From contig CM120645.1 of the NCBI GenBank assembly GCA_051362555.1, positions 24,580,934 to 24,644,933 of the forward strand: a stretch of DNA of 64,000 bases. Direction: 5' to 3'. Of this stretch, positions 1 through 12,793 are shown one piece after another. A program made the position numbers and the translations under genes. The DNA comes from Lingula anatina (Eukaryota > Animalia > Brachiopoda). Under the pieces are notes generated by a model. That model was given only the letters and a program-made list of their open reading frames with translations. It did no database searches and had not been told where the DNA came from. Each line of letters opens with the position of its first letter. Position 1 is the first letter of the stretch.

Positions 1-3000
1 AAGTGGATTTGAACAGTGATGAATATACCCAATGGGGTCTTCTTGATTGAATGTATCAAGTACGGAGCCTCTGTTTCCGTGACTGTCATATATAATGGCC
101 AGGTGTTAAGTTTTCAGTTTCTGGAATTGTAGTGGGATAGGCCGTATACTGCTAGAGTGTACTACATGAAGTGACAAGGATCTCTTCCCTCCCCCCCCCC
201 CCCCCCCCCCCCCATGCTGGGCAGACTGGACTGAGCAACATGGTCCACAGCTGGACTACAGGGCCTCCAGCCAGTGACCCCCCCCCCCCCCCCCCATTAC
301 AGATCCTCTAGCCAGTGACCCCCATTACAGGGCCTCCAGCCAGTGACCCCAGCTGTTCCATATCAATTGTTCCTGGCCTTCTATTGATTTCATATTGCAC
401 ACATTATATTGGAGACTTCAGTGAGAGGAGCAGAGGGTCTGTAGTGGGCAGGAATTAGTTTTCGTTTTTTTTCCGTTTTTTTTAAAGATAATTTATTTGG
501 AGTTCTGCAGAGTTGTAAACTAAGACCAGGAATTCTGGGATCTAATGACTTCCTAACATCAGATGTCGGATATATCAGTGATCATAGGTGGAGTGTATTT
601 GTTGTAGTCATATGTTTTCACACAGAACAAGACTCAGACAGACAGACAGTGAATCATATTTATTGCCATGTAGTGGTGGCAATAATTTAATTTTCAGTGC
701 AGGTATTTGTCAGGAATATTATGATGATTGATGTGCATGCTGTCATCAATCTGACAAGGGTGGCTGATGTCATAGCTAGATAAATAGCACTCCATTCCAG
801 TAGTAAGTACTTGGTATAGCATCAGAGCATGCGTGAGAGAGTATGCAGTGCATGATGATGCACGCACACACATGCAGGAAGAAAGGTGCATCACTTCCAG
901 ATATCTGGTGCATTATGCTGTCTGCTGAACTTGCCTGGAGTGAGTCATAGATGTCTAACAGGGAAGTCTGGGAGGGAGCCAGACATATTGGTCCATATAC
1001 TTCACAGCCATTGGGGTATATAATATATACCCTGTCAGGGCCTGTGTATAGGTTATTGAGTGCCCAGTGAGTGGATTTTAACCCATCTGACCTTACTGTT
1101 GGGAGGTTCACACTGCTGCAGCCAGAGACTCAGTTACAATTACTGCAGAGAATGTGAGTGACAGGAAGAGTAAAGATACAATAGCAGTACAGTTGCAGAG
1201 ACTGAATGACAAGCACAGCAAAAACTGAGGTACAGAATTGAAAACAGCAGTAACATACAAACATAGCAGAGACTGGGATACAGTGACAATACTGAATGAA
1301 CATAACAGTACTAAGCTATAGCAGGTCAACTGTAGCCTAGGCTTGCATTCCATAGTAGTTGCTATGACATTTTAACAGTGGACAGGATGTCTGACAGCTC
1401 TATCTAGTATCAGTAGTATTAATCCAGGTACACAGAGAAGAACCCTCCAGTGACAGTTTTGTCTGAGGAGGTAGTGCCTCACCTGTCCCTCTTCAACACC
1501 AGATGTCTTTACTGTATTTATAATCCATATACCTGGAACAATATACAATACATGTGGGCAGTGATTGGATAAAAGTGAGATTTATGATTCAGTTATTACA
1601 CATCCTAATTAAGGGCATATCAAGAGATTGATCAGAGCCAGGATTGAGCATGCTAAAATATACCTATAGTTTTTTTATGGTTTTGGATATTGAGTATACA
1701 TAGAGGGCCCAAATGATGTATTAACCAGTGCCAGAGTTATGTATACCAGTGTATGGCTGGAAGGCACTCTGTTGTGTTGTTGATCTGGAGGAGGGGTGTA
1801 TTTAAAGTTGTCATTAAGGAGACATAGATGTGAACAGTCAGGGAAATTAGTACAGCACAGAGCTCTGTATATAAAGGACAGTGGGCGTTATTTTCAATAA
1901 CCAAGTACAGCTGCTAGCCAGGGCAGCACCGCTTTGGTCTCAAGACGTGGTATTAAATACAGTTTTTATGGTGATAAATTCTGACAGACTGGTAGAGAGT
2001 GACAGACAAGAATATTGGTTGATATTGCAAGAGCTATCAAGAGAAGCCTTCTGAAGGACTAAGATTTCTTTGCCATTTATTGTATATTGATTTACAGCCA
2101 GGATTGAGACCAGGAGTATTTCTTTGAATGCTGCTGAATTCTTGTGGTGTTTACACATTGGATATAAATATATTTGATTGACTTTCACATCTGTTCATTA
2201 TGTTACTGTACTATACCTGTACTTATACCTGAGTTATTTGTGTACATAGTTGGATATATCTGAAGTACCTGTACATATTATGACATAGGAGTATGCGGGG
2301 AATGTACTCCTACACGTACTAGCCACTAGTACAGAGTGGTGCTATAGGTCCCCTGGTCTTGTAAAGTATAGATTACAATGTCCTTGTAAATATATCTCTT
2401 GACTGCAGTACATTGATCCTGCAGTATTCCCCACTGGATATAGAGAACACTACCAGAATATGTCCAAGTTGTGATGGATGTTGATTTTTGGTTCTCATGA
2501 GGCACAAGCTTTGGCGGAGGTGGTTAAAGTTTCCAGGATTATTATAGAGCTAGCTGATGGAGTTAATACTGACATATAGCTGAGCTGGCTGTGGAAACTG
2601 TAGCCAGACTTTGCTGAGGAGTATAATAAATCAAATTGAGAAACTATACTTTACAGATGGAAGTCTTTATCTTAGTCTTGCTGGATGTCCACATGGAGTA
2701 CCACTGAGTGTATGGATGTTGGATCAGTGTTGGATAGTAAGGTGCAGCAGGTCAGGACTTATTACATCATTGTAGAGCTACTGGGAGTGCTACACAAACA
2801 CAAGGTTTAGACTTCACCTTACTATGACTGGCTCATAGATTGTCATCATTGATACACACAGAAAGAAAATAACAGGGAAAATGAAAGAGGAATTAAAGCA
2901 GTGATATGGGCAGCATTTGAGCCAAGCTAATGGAAATAAATCTCAATGTTAGTGGTATCAGCTGTTAGAGTGGTATTGCTTTCTATATGGACTGGAATAT

Positions 3001-4489
3001 ATAGTAAATCAGGCACAGATGGTGTGTCAGGAGCACTCTGTCCTCTCAACACTCTCTCTGTTTAGATATACTCTTATTGATATATAACTGCAAAGCTTGA
3101 CACTGCTCTGTGAGCTCCTTTACTTGATCTGTTACATCCACTCAATATTTGGATGTAGATTTAAAAAAAAAACAGTTTTCTCTGACATGGCGTACTTTTG
3201 ATCAAATCAGACGAGATGGGAATGATTTGGACATTTGTTGCCACGGGACTGTACTGTGAGATCTTGGTAGCAGTTATTTTGATGTTGCCATGGATACCGT
3301 GTGAAAGGTGAGCCTTTGGTCCCCTGACAGTTCGTCAGATTCAGTTTATAAAAAGCTACTTGAAGTATACTAGTTGTGTGTAGACTGGTTATATTATTCA
3401 TATGTAGGTGGTAACTTTTGTAAAGAATTATTTTACAGATATTTTATTTGTTTGTGTTTGACCTAACAAAGCTCATCGCTGATATAAAAATAAATTTTAC
3501 ACCCACCCCCCACTCCTCTTCCCTGCCCCCCCCACCCTCCCACCCCACAACCCCCCCCCCCCATCTCCTGTACACCCACCCCACTACCCCCTGTGCCTGT
3601 TAGTTGGTAGCATATAACTGATCTCTGTTCTTTATATTTATGTATGGATTGTCCCTGTAACATAAATGAACTTTTTCTAGATCAGTCTTAACCCTGTGCC
3701 CAGGGTGTAGACAGGGTAAAGCACTCACCACCTGCCTGACTGTGTTTTCTATGGGAAATAATGGTGTGTTCTCTCTCTGTATGGAGTGGGCTGTAACCCA
3801 GGGCTCACTGGGCAGATGGTCAATTAATCCATCATCAGCATGCACTTGTGACAATTGGATTTATTTCAATAGTTGAAGTATTTACAGTATTCAGATTGTG
3901 CAGTTGGAGTACAATGATGCCTTGATTAAAGACATAGTATCTGTGATCAGCCTCCACATTGTGTGGCATATTGACCTCACATTAAAGAAAGTTCTGAATC
4001 AAGTCCATTGTAAAGTTAAGGCATACAATGAAAAGATAACATCTTGAAATGTTCAATTTGACTATTTTTATTAATGGAAAGGAGAGAAAGATATATATAT
4101 TGTAGTACAGGTGCTAGTGTTCTATTTTCTATAGTACCTGTACTACAATCAGTGACAAACATGCGCACGTCTTCCAGTGAGAAGTTGGTCTGAGTATGAT
4201 GTGATAACTGAGATGTATTGTGAGATATGGAGACTTAGGGTGTGGTATAAAGTGACTGTAGCAGGTGCTTCTGTTCAGTAAATCCAGACATCTAATAATT
4301 GCTAAGGCCACATTCACAATCTGTTGATTAGCAGACTAACAGATCTGCAGATCAACTTTGCTTGTGAATGTGGCTTTCATTGTTTTGTTTACAGTATAAA
4401 AGATGCAATTAAAATAGAAAATTTTACCTCACATTTTTCCTCTTTAATTCAATTTAAGTTTATTATAAATGTTGATGATGTCATTCCAG

Positions 4490-7400
4490 ATGGCAGAAAC
4501 TGTTCAAGTCTCGGTTCTTGATGATCATCACGTCCTATGCCAACTATTATTTCACAGTGTTCATTGTGATCCTCATGGTTGTGTTTGGAGGTGAGTGTGA
4601 CGAAGGGTGAGGCTCACCACAGGAGCACTGTGGGCTAAAAAGACATCAGTCTTTTTGGAATTATCTGTGAAAAGTGAACAATTTTTTTAGCTGAGTTACT
4701 GATGTGGAATTGCTCTCTTTCTCTTTCTTTTCAGTACAGAATTTAATCAATTTAAACAAGTAAACAGTTTTTCCTATAAAAAAATAAAAAGTGCTCAAGT
4801 ATCATGCATTTTCACTATATAAAGTGAGTAGTTGCTGACCCTATCCTGTGCTGACCCTATCCTGTGCTGACCCTATCCTGTGCTGGCCCTATCCTGTGCT
4901 GACCCTATCCTGTGCTGACCCTATCCTGTGCTGACCCTATCCTGTGCTGACCCTATCCTGTGCTGACCCTATCCTGTGCTGACCCTATCCTGTGCTGACC
5001 CTATCCTGTGCTGACCCTATCCTGTGCTGACCCTATCCTGTGCTGGCCCTATCCTGTGCTGGCCCTATCCTGTGCTGGCCCTATCCTGTGCTGACCCTAT
5101 CCTGTGCTGACCCTATCCTGTGCTGACCCTATCCTGTGCTGACCCTATCCTGTGCTGGCCCTATCCTGTGCTGACCCTATCCTGTGCTGGCCCTATCCTG
5201 TGCTGACCCTATCCTGTGCTGACCCTATCCTGTGCTGACCCTATCCTGTGCTGGCCCTATCCTGTGCTGACCCTATCCTGTGCTGACCCTATCCTGTGCT
5301 GACCCTATCCTGTGCTGGCCTGATCCTGGCCCCAGTCTTCAGTGTGCTTTATTTCTAGATGCTATACGAGAGGTGTATAAATACTCTGGAGAGGAGAAGA
5401 TGCTGGACCCCAAGACCACGCACCACGACACTCTGGAGCACATCCAGCTGCGTCTGTTCCGCTCCCAGCGCAATCTGTACATTGCAGGCTTTGCCTTGTT
5501 CTTGTGGCTGTAAGTTGATATCTCCAGGTCATGCTGTCCACGTCTCTTACTCTCTATGGACATGTTTAAAGTCAAGTCCACCAGGACTGTACCTCTGCAT
5601 ATGGAGAACAATAACTGGCTAATTTTATTTGCTTTTTTTGAGTTTTAGAGGGGTTGGGGGTAATTGATAATGAAGAGTATTGGGAAGTGTGGAATTTTTT
5701 ATCCAAATCTATTTAATTACTGATCTTTAATTGACAAAAATCCAAAAAATAATTCAAAATTTATTTGTAAAAATGAGCCCCTTATTTGTTACTGGTGGCA
5801 CATACTTTGAACTTCATCCAGGGAGAGGGAGAGACCTCTTGGACAGCATACTCACATATATCCAGTGATGTTCTAGTATAAGACTGTAATTTAAAACTTG
5901 CAGATTCCATACGTGAAGTGTACAAGTACAACATCTCTAAAGAATCATTGGACATTAAAACCTCTCAGGCTGCCACGCTGGAGCATGTTCATATGAGACT
6001 CTTCAGAGCTCAGAGGAATTTCTACATTGCTGGGATGTCCCTGTTTTTATTGGTGTAAGTAGGGCCAGGCACTACTGTTTACGCTGCTTTGTGTGAATCA
6101 CTACACCTTGTTTTTTTCTCTCATAGCTCCCACAGTGACTGTTGTATTTTCTTTGGGATATTTTGAAGTGGATGATGACCATTTCGGCATGTTACATCAT
6201 GGTTTGTGCTGAGAAGAAGGGGTGGAGGAGCTTGTGATTTACTCTGCCTGTATTCCTCTGTATGCTCCTCTGACTCCTATTATCCGCGCGCCCCCCCCCC
6301 CCCCCCCCCCCCCCAAATATATATATCTAACGACCTTTAGCCCCAGATATAGGAGATATGGCTAAAAGAGACCGTAAAACAAGCCTTGAAATATACTTCA
6401 GTTATCTTTGGGATGTTAACAGAAAGCCCTTATATGCTTTGTCGTCTGGCAACTGTGCATCACATATAATATAACAGCCTGATCTTAAAATACACAAGAA
6501 GGTGCATGCCAGCTGTAGCTTGGATAGCTGTCAGTGCCTGTAGTTTCACAGTCATGATTAGATATCAGCAAGTCTTTTCCAAATGTATCACTCTAGTGTT
6601 TGAGTAGATGGCATATTAGCAGTGGTGTGCCTTGTAACCAAACTAACTTCTAGCTTAGATTGCCACACAGATTGGGCCAGACCCCCATCCTCTGTCTATA
6701 GAGTAAGGGAGCATTCCCATTGACACATCAGACTAGTCAAATTCTGCGGAGGCTCTCGCTTAATGCAATTGGCTTAACTGAATGACACACCCTCTAGAGC
6801 AGGGAGTGGTCTTGGGGACCAAGTTAATTACCACCTAGCTGTTCGAGGAGGTGTGTCAGACAATTAAGCTGACTCTGCTGACACTAAGAGAGAATCCATG
6901 TTAGAGTTGGACAAACCTAACTAGTTTGACGTGTCTGTGGGAATAGATTCTTACTTATGCCTGGCTGTACAGTTAAGTATGGGATATTTTTACAGACCCT
7001 GAAGAGGGTAAGAGGAGGGGGGCTGCTTAGTGACTTAGTGACCCTTTCCAGGTTGTAAAGTCAGGCAAAATTGTTTTCTTTTGCTTGTGATTTGTTTGCA
7101 CCCAGGTTTTGCGGGTTGATTTATTTGTTTAGTTTTGTCTCATATGTTTCCTGCACCAGCCTGGGGCTCTTGGGAGGTAATGAAATGTGAGGATTTATTT
7201 TATAGTAAAGAGATCATAGCCATAGATGCATGCATAACATAATTGATTAGATGTACTGATATTAAGTTGCGTCTCTGGATAAATAACTGTTTAGTTCATC
7301 CTTGCCATTATTGTGTTAATGCCTTTTAAGATGTATTTATTTTAATATAATTTTATTTGTGTTTTATAAGCATTCATTTCATTATTCTTGTTTGTAAATC

Positions 7401-9337
7401 AGAAGATGCATAAAATATACTGACAGTCAATGAAAATGCATCATTTATTTATCAAATAATATTTTAAGTTCCTTTTGCACATTTAGAAAATAAGTTTTCC
7501 TTTGAAATATGAAATGGTGGTCAGCCCACTCGCTTATGACCAAACAAGTGCATTTCTACTCGTTTATATGGTTGGAATCGATTCTCGGTAAAAAAGTACA
7601 AGAAAGTTTTCTGATGCGTTTTCATTGACTGTCTGTATATTTGTGTTTTGTAAGCATTCATTTCATTATTTGTGTTTGTAAATGAGAAGATGCATAATCA
7701 TTATTTTATATTATTTAGGAGAGCAGAAAATGAAAAATGACTGAGTGTTCTGAGATAATAATGAAAACATTTAAGTTCTGATCATAGAAAAGTTTGCTCC
7801 AATAGCTTAAAGTCTCTGTCTTTTAGGACAGAAGCACTATTGATATCATATCTCCATTCCAGTATAGCTCAGTGACCAGAAGTTTGATGTTTCTAGCTGT
7901 CACGGCTCAGAGATGTGGTCTTGACGCAGGCAGAGAACTATTTCCACTGATAAAGAATACTATTACTGTTCTTGTTTTGTTCTAGAGTGTTGAAGAGATT
8001 GGTAGTTCTGATATCTGCGTCTGCTACCCTCACTGCTCAGAGAGATGTGGCCTTGAAGCAGGCAGAGAACTATTTCCACTGATAAAGAATACTATTACTG
8101 TTCTTGTTTTGTTCTAGAGTGTTGAAGAGATTGGTAGTTCTGATATCTGCGGCTGCTACCCTCACTGCTCAGAGAGATGTGGCCTTGAAGCAGGCAGAGA
8201 ACTATTTCCACTGATAAAGAATACTATTACTGTTCTTGTTTTGTTCTAGAGTGTTGAAGAGATTGGTAGTTCTGATATCTGCGGCTGCTACCCTCACTGC
8301 TCAGAGAGATGTGGCCTTGAAGCAGGCAGAGAACACCTCTGCTCATGCCAAGAAACTGATGGAAGAGGCAGATACTAAGAAGGCCAATAAAGACAATGAG
8401 GTACTCATGGGAGAAGTGGGATGTTGACTTAACAAACAGATTCGTTTTGACAAAATTGATTTATGAAGAGTAATTAGGGGCTGCTTAATTACATGTGTAG
8501 ATTTTTAAATCCTTGAAATTTTCACATTAATCTTACTTCTTAATAAGTGATTTCTGACCTAAGAGACAAATTGAAGTTTGTTTATTGCAAGGCTATAAGA
8601 TCTTGATCCTACCCTAAAAAAAGTCATGTTATTCCACTCCAGGAGAAGGATGAAGAGAGAAAGAGGACCTCCAGTGCCAGTGACAAGCTAGAGGAGGAAC
8701 TTAAGAGAGTGAAGGAAGATCTGGAGAAGTCTGAGTCAGGTAAGAAGATCTGGAGAAGTCTTAGTCAACTGAGCATCAATACTTCTAGATACAAGATGTA
8801 AAAGGCATTCAGAAACAGGATTAGAGTTTGCACTAAGGATTAGAGTTTTTTGGGGTCCAGAAAAAATGATTTGTCAAGATGTTTCATGTCTCAATCTTTG
8901 AATTAGTGACTTTGACTTAAATAAATTGTGTGATGTGATTTTGTCCATTCCAGAACTGGAGCAATCTAAAAGGGATTTGCAGACGTTAAAGAAGCAAGCG
9001 TCTGCCACCAACAATGAGTATGATCGTCTGCTCAAAGAGCATGCTGAACTCCAGGTACAACTGAATTTAGGACAGATAATATAATCTTTTTTTTTAAGAG
9101 AGGGGTCAGAAATTTAAGCAAGTCAGCCTTCCTCTTTCATGCAGTTTTGTTCATGTGTCTATTGAATATGTTTTATGAGAAGAAAACTAATGATATATAT
9201 AATTGTGGAACTTAATCAATAGTTCTGCAGAGGAATTTGTTTATGTCGAGTTGCTTCTATCCCAGAACATAGAAATGTGTTGTTGTTTATTTCAGGCTAA
9301 GTTAGAGTCAGGAGGTGAAGACAAGAAGGACCTGTAA
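4490..9337 (+). CDS. BCAP31: B-cell receptor-associated protein 31/29 (BAP31/BAP29 family ER membrane protein), 5'-partial spliced CDS
   Basis: AG/GT-bounded, phase-compatible exons: 4490-4590 (WQKLFKSRFLMIITSYANYYFTVFIVILMVVFG), 5359-5509 or 5904-6054 (DAIREVYKY...LFRSQRNLYIAGFALFLWL), 8250-8400 (VLKRLVVLISAAATLTAQRDVALKQAENTSAHAKKLMEE...), 8643-8739, 8954-9054 (...LKKQASATNNEYDRLLKEHAELQ) and 9296-9337 (AKLESGGEDKKDL*). Family motifs FRxQRNxYIAG and EYDRL are present, with a C-terminal KKXX ER-retrieval signal. No start exon was found in the window. BCAP31 vs BCAP29 orthology cannot be resolved. Confidence 0.95.
4833..5320. repeat. 16-bp minisatellite (TGCTGACCCTATCCTG)n, about 30 copies
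   Basis: Read directly; GAC/GGC variant units; ends about 40 nt before the exon acceptor at 5358. Confidence 0.97.
5359..5509 (+). CDS. BCAP31: BAP31 exon variant A (151 nt)
   Basis: tttctag|AT GCT ATA CGA ... TGG CT|gtaagt; translates as DAIREVYKYSGEEKMLDPKTTHHDTLEHIQLRLFRSQRNLYIAGFALFLWL. Confidence 0.92.
5904..6054 (+). CDS. BCAP31: BAP31 exon variant B (151 nt), paralogous to 5359-5509, putative mutually exclusive exon
   Basis: cttgcag|AT TCC ATA CGT ... TTG GT|gtaagt; translates as DSIREVYKYNISKESLDIKTSQAATLEHVHMRLFRAQRNFYIAGMSLFLLV. Same length and phases as variant A, no stops, 30/51 aa identical by manual count. Confidence 0.88.
6707..6950. mobile_element. Degenerate related MITE in BAP31 intron
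   Basis: TAA|GGGAGCATTCCCATTGACACATCAGACTAGT ... ACTAGTTTGACGTGTCTGTGGGAAT; internal AGTTAATTACC core shared with the element at 30729. Confidence 0.62.
7420..7635. mobile_element. Tc1/mariner-like MITE
   Basis: TA|CTGACAGTCAATGAAAATGCATCA ... TGATGCGTTTTCATTGACTGTCTG|TA. Confidence 0.7.
7905..8334 (+). repeat. 132-bp tandem triplication spanning a BAP31 intron/exon junction
   Basis: The acceptor ttgttctag|AGTGTTGAAG recurs at 7985, 8117 and 8249, with a degenerate partial copy at 7905-7940. Confidence 0.95.
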
Positions 9338-10983
9338 GGGCACTGTGACATGGATGTCTCTTAGTATATATGACTGTTTTACAGTACTGTGGTGAAGTGA
9401 GCTGCAGTTTTAAAGGACTTACTATTAACAGAAAACCAGCCAGGAGGGTGCAATGAGGACCCATATACACACATATAAACTGCATGTGTGTGTGTCCATT
9501 TCTGCTTACTTGTGAAGATTTGGCCAATGATTAAAACTAGTCTAATCAAGCAAGATAGATATTCAAAATTAAAGTTTTTGTGACAATTCTTACCCTTTTT
9601 TACCAAAATATTGAGGCACATTTGCTAAAATGAATATTTGTGCACTCACTGCAACTGATATGGATAATTAGATACTATCATGTTTATGAACTATTGCATT
9701 TGTCAAAAAGGGGTTAAAAATCAAATAGGTATAGGTGAAATGGAACTCCAGAAATTGCTTCTGTAATAAAAGTTGCCATTGTAAAAATGTATTTTATTTA
9801 TAAAAGAAAAAGTAATATAAAGCTCTCTTGTCCTGTTTACAAATGGAAACTTTCAGAATGGGAGAAAATGCTGCTTTCAGCTACTCATTGCCCTGTATCC
9901 AAGTGAAGGCTTTTGTTGTAATTTTCAAGGGTTTTATGTAATGGAAAGATGACAGAAAAGAAGCTAAGCCAGTCTGTGCTGGTTTCTTTTTATTTGCAGC
10001 TTTGAAAAATATCTTGAAATCCACAAAACTACAATTTTACACAGTGCTCAAGAGGTTGGGGCAGGCGTGTTTGTACAAGTGATTAACTTCATTATATCTT
10101 CAAGGATAGAAAGAAATTAGATTCATAGTTTTAGATCCATACCTTGTCTACGGACTGACAGTTTCATCCCCTATTTCTGATGTCTTGGTCACAGTAGATG
10201 GGACTACAAGAATTGTCCCTCTTAGCTGTGAAATGCAAGAATAAGTGGAAAAGGTTTGGGTCTAAAATCTTTGAATCTAACCTGCCTAGGGTAGAATGGA
10301 AGTGGTGATAAAGAACTGTGACTCTCCATGGCCACAGTAGGTTAAACTGGAGGTTTATGTTACTAAGGTATTGTAACAATGTTACTCATTTATGATAAAG
10401 GAAAATACTGTGGTGAGATTTTAATGACCAGTGATTAAAGGTAATTAGTATACCTATCCTGTAGAAAGTGTGACTTATTAAGTTCTGCCACTCACCACAT
10501 TTGAATGAATGTTAAAATAAAGTTTGGTCCATTGTGTTTTTTTTTTTTTGTCATAGCTGCATTTTAATGTAGTTTTGCACCAAATTTTTTGAATAACTTA
10601 GTTGTTAAAAATATTTGTATAAAATTGATTATATTTCAAACAAATGCTTTTAAGAAAATGCCTTCAGATTTTGTGCTACATGCCTTCCATGTTCACTTCT
10701 TCTAGAATGGTTTGTTACAGCAGTATGTTACAGCTGATGTCACTTATGTACAGGTGCTATGTGGGAGAGGTTCTTGATATTATATTATTAACAACAGAAT
10801 AGTTTCTGAACACAATCATGGTATAAGATGAATAGAAAATGTTTCTGAATCATGCATTGATAGTTATGCTGTAGAAATTGACATGCAAAATAAACTACAT
10901 TGAAATGGTTTCATCATGTATTAAATAAAGCCTTGCTAAATTAGCATTTTTCTTGGTCCTTCTTACACACAATAGACAATAAA
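9338..10983 (+). other. Probable BAP31 3'UTR with several AATAAA signals
   Basis: AT-rich sequence after the stop codon, with AATAAA near 9765, 10516, 10869, 10924 and 10978; composition switches to CpG-rich at about 11000. The true 3' end is unknown. Confidence 0.45.
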
Positions 10984-12758
10984 TGTTTTTATTGTTAAAT
11001 TGGCTGCGGGATGTTATTATTGCAAAAATACATATTCAAGATAGTCTTGCCTTCCCAAAATTAAATTGATGAGTAGAACAACACAACAATTATTTACCAA
11101 TATGTACACAACAAGTAACCTTGAGGAGTTAAATAGCGTGGTACCTGCGTGTGTGCTTCGGTAATAACTGGCAGAAGTCACACTCACAGAGACGTATATT
11201 GCTGTAGCAGAACTGTTTATCTCAACTAGCACAATGAGGGGTTTGTTGCTAGGATGCTTAGTTGTTTTGATCATCTCTAACACAGCGCTGAGTATAGAGT
11301 CACTACCCGACCAAACGTACGTAATGCGTGACATTTACCTGATCGTTGTGCAGTGTACCTAGAACAGTACACCAACCCATAGCGTGTATAAAGAAAGGAA
11401 TTATGTGATTGTTTATATATGACTTTTGTGTGATATGACGAAGATATGCCATGTTAAAAAGACTTATCTTAACATTTTGCTTCACGTGCTGTAAAATATC
11501 ACATACACTCACGTACCCATACATACAACAACCGCAACGACAACAACAAAAATAATATTGAACCGAAAAAAATGACAAAAAAACGGCGTTTTTATTGAAT
11601 AAATGGTTGGAGGCATGTTGACAGTTGGTGGCAAGGAACAGTGTCGAAAACGCAGTCAAAAGCCGCAGTCAAAAGTGACTTTTTAGCTATGAAGTATTCG
11701 CTCTCTGTATATTTAAACTTCTACACCTGCAAGTAAGTTTAAGAAATATTCTTGAAAATACAGCACACCCCCTACCCCTACCCCCACCCCCAAGGCTATC
11801 TTGTAGATGTCGGGGTTTTCACTCTATACCTAAACTATTGGCCAGACTACCTCGCCTATCCCTCTGATATCCCGAGGGAAGGGCAACAACCCGAGGGAAG
11901 GGCTATAACCCAAGAGGGGGGGGGGGGAATGAGATCCACATTTTCTATCAAGTATCATAGAAAAACAACAGTATACCATATCTGAAGATGTGAATGTCTT
12001 CGCCCGAAAATTGGGAAAATGTATCGGAAAAAAAGTAAAGCAAAAATTGGTTGTTTCTTTCAGAAAGTAATAAGGTTTTAGTAACACACCAAGTAGGTGC
12101 TCAAGTTGAATAATTTTACAGGGCTACAATAGATAACATTGTTTTATTTTCCCAATTTAAACTTTAATGGTATCAATATTATATTTCATTTTAAGAGCTC
12201 CGACGGAAACCAAGTTTAAATGTATATGTTAAATATACTAGCTGCTGGAGAAGACGTTATTAAAAGAAAATAAACCGGTTAGTCTGTTTTTCATTCTTCT
12301 TTCTTTTTAAGACTTCTACTATAGACACAAATGTATAATTCAGATTTGCTTAGATATCGCGTACCTTATCAATATAGATCAGCGAGATCAACCGTTAACG
12401 GGACATTGGACATAAAACTTACGTAGAAAGATAAGGAGACGACTGGTGTAAAGATTGATAGCCTATGGTGTACATGGTACAGGGCTCGTTAGACGTTTTA
12501 GATTACCACATTATCTGCATGTATCCCGCTGAACATTTATAAGACGCACCGAATGCTAACTAGGATTTTTCTTTAGAGGTACGTCTACCTGTAGAACAGC
12601 TTCAAGTATTACCATGCGGCAAGGATTGAAAGCTTTTACTTTTCTTGTTTTTGTCAAATATCGCTATTCCAAGGCCCGTGGCCCTAATGATTAAAACATT
12701 GAGGAAGGATTTTTCGGGGGAAAGTCGTTTTGTCGATTGAATCAAACACCCACAATAG

Positions 12759-12760
<2 letters not shown>

Positions 12761-12792
<32 letters not shown>
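12761..12792. repeat. (TC)n microsatellite
   Basis: Read directly. Confidence 0.95.

Positions 12793-12793
<1 letters not shown>

Noticed and set aside
550-3200. Possible decayed Penelope-like retroelement on the minus strand (fragments resembling PKIHK, NxFxFNG, RYxDD and KYLH in the expected order)
   Set aside because: The motifs are very degenerate and spaced much further apart than in an intact RT. It cannot be supported without a profile search (tBLASTn or HMMER against PLE RT).
9320-9337. C-terminal KKDL as a KDEL-like lumenal signal
   Set aside because: The BAP31 tail is cytosolic, so this is the ordinary KKXX motif.
11000-11700. Possible minus-strand transcript start (CAG|GTAAAT donor near 11338) in CpG-rich DNA
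   Set aside because: No coding signal or downstream exon could be identified; a single donor-like motif is insufficient.
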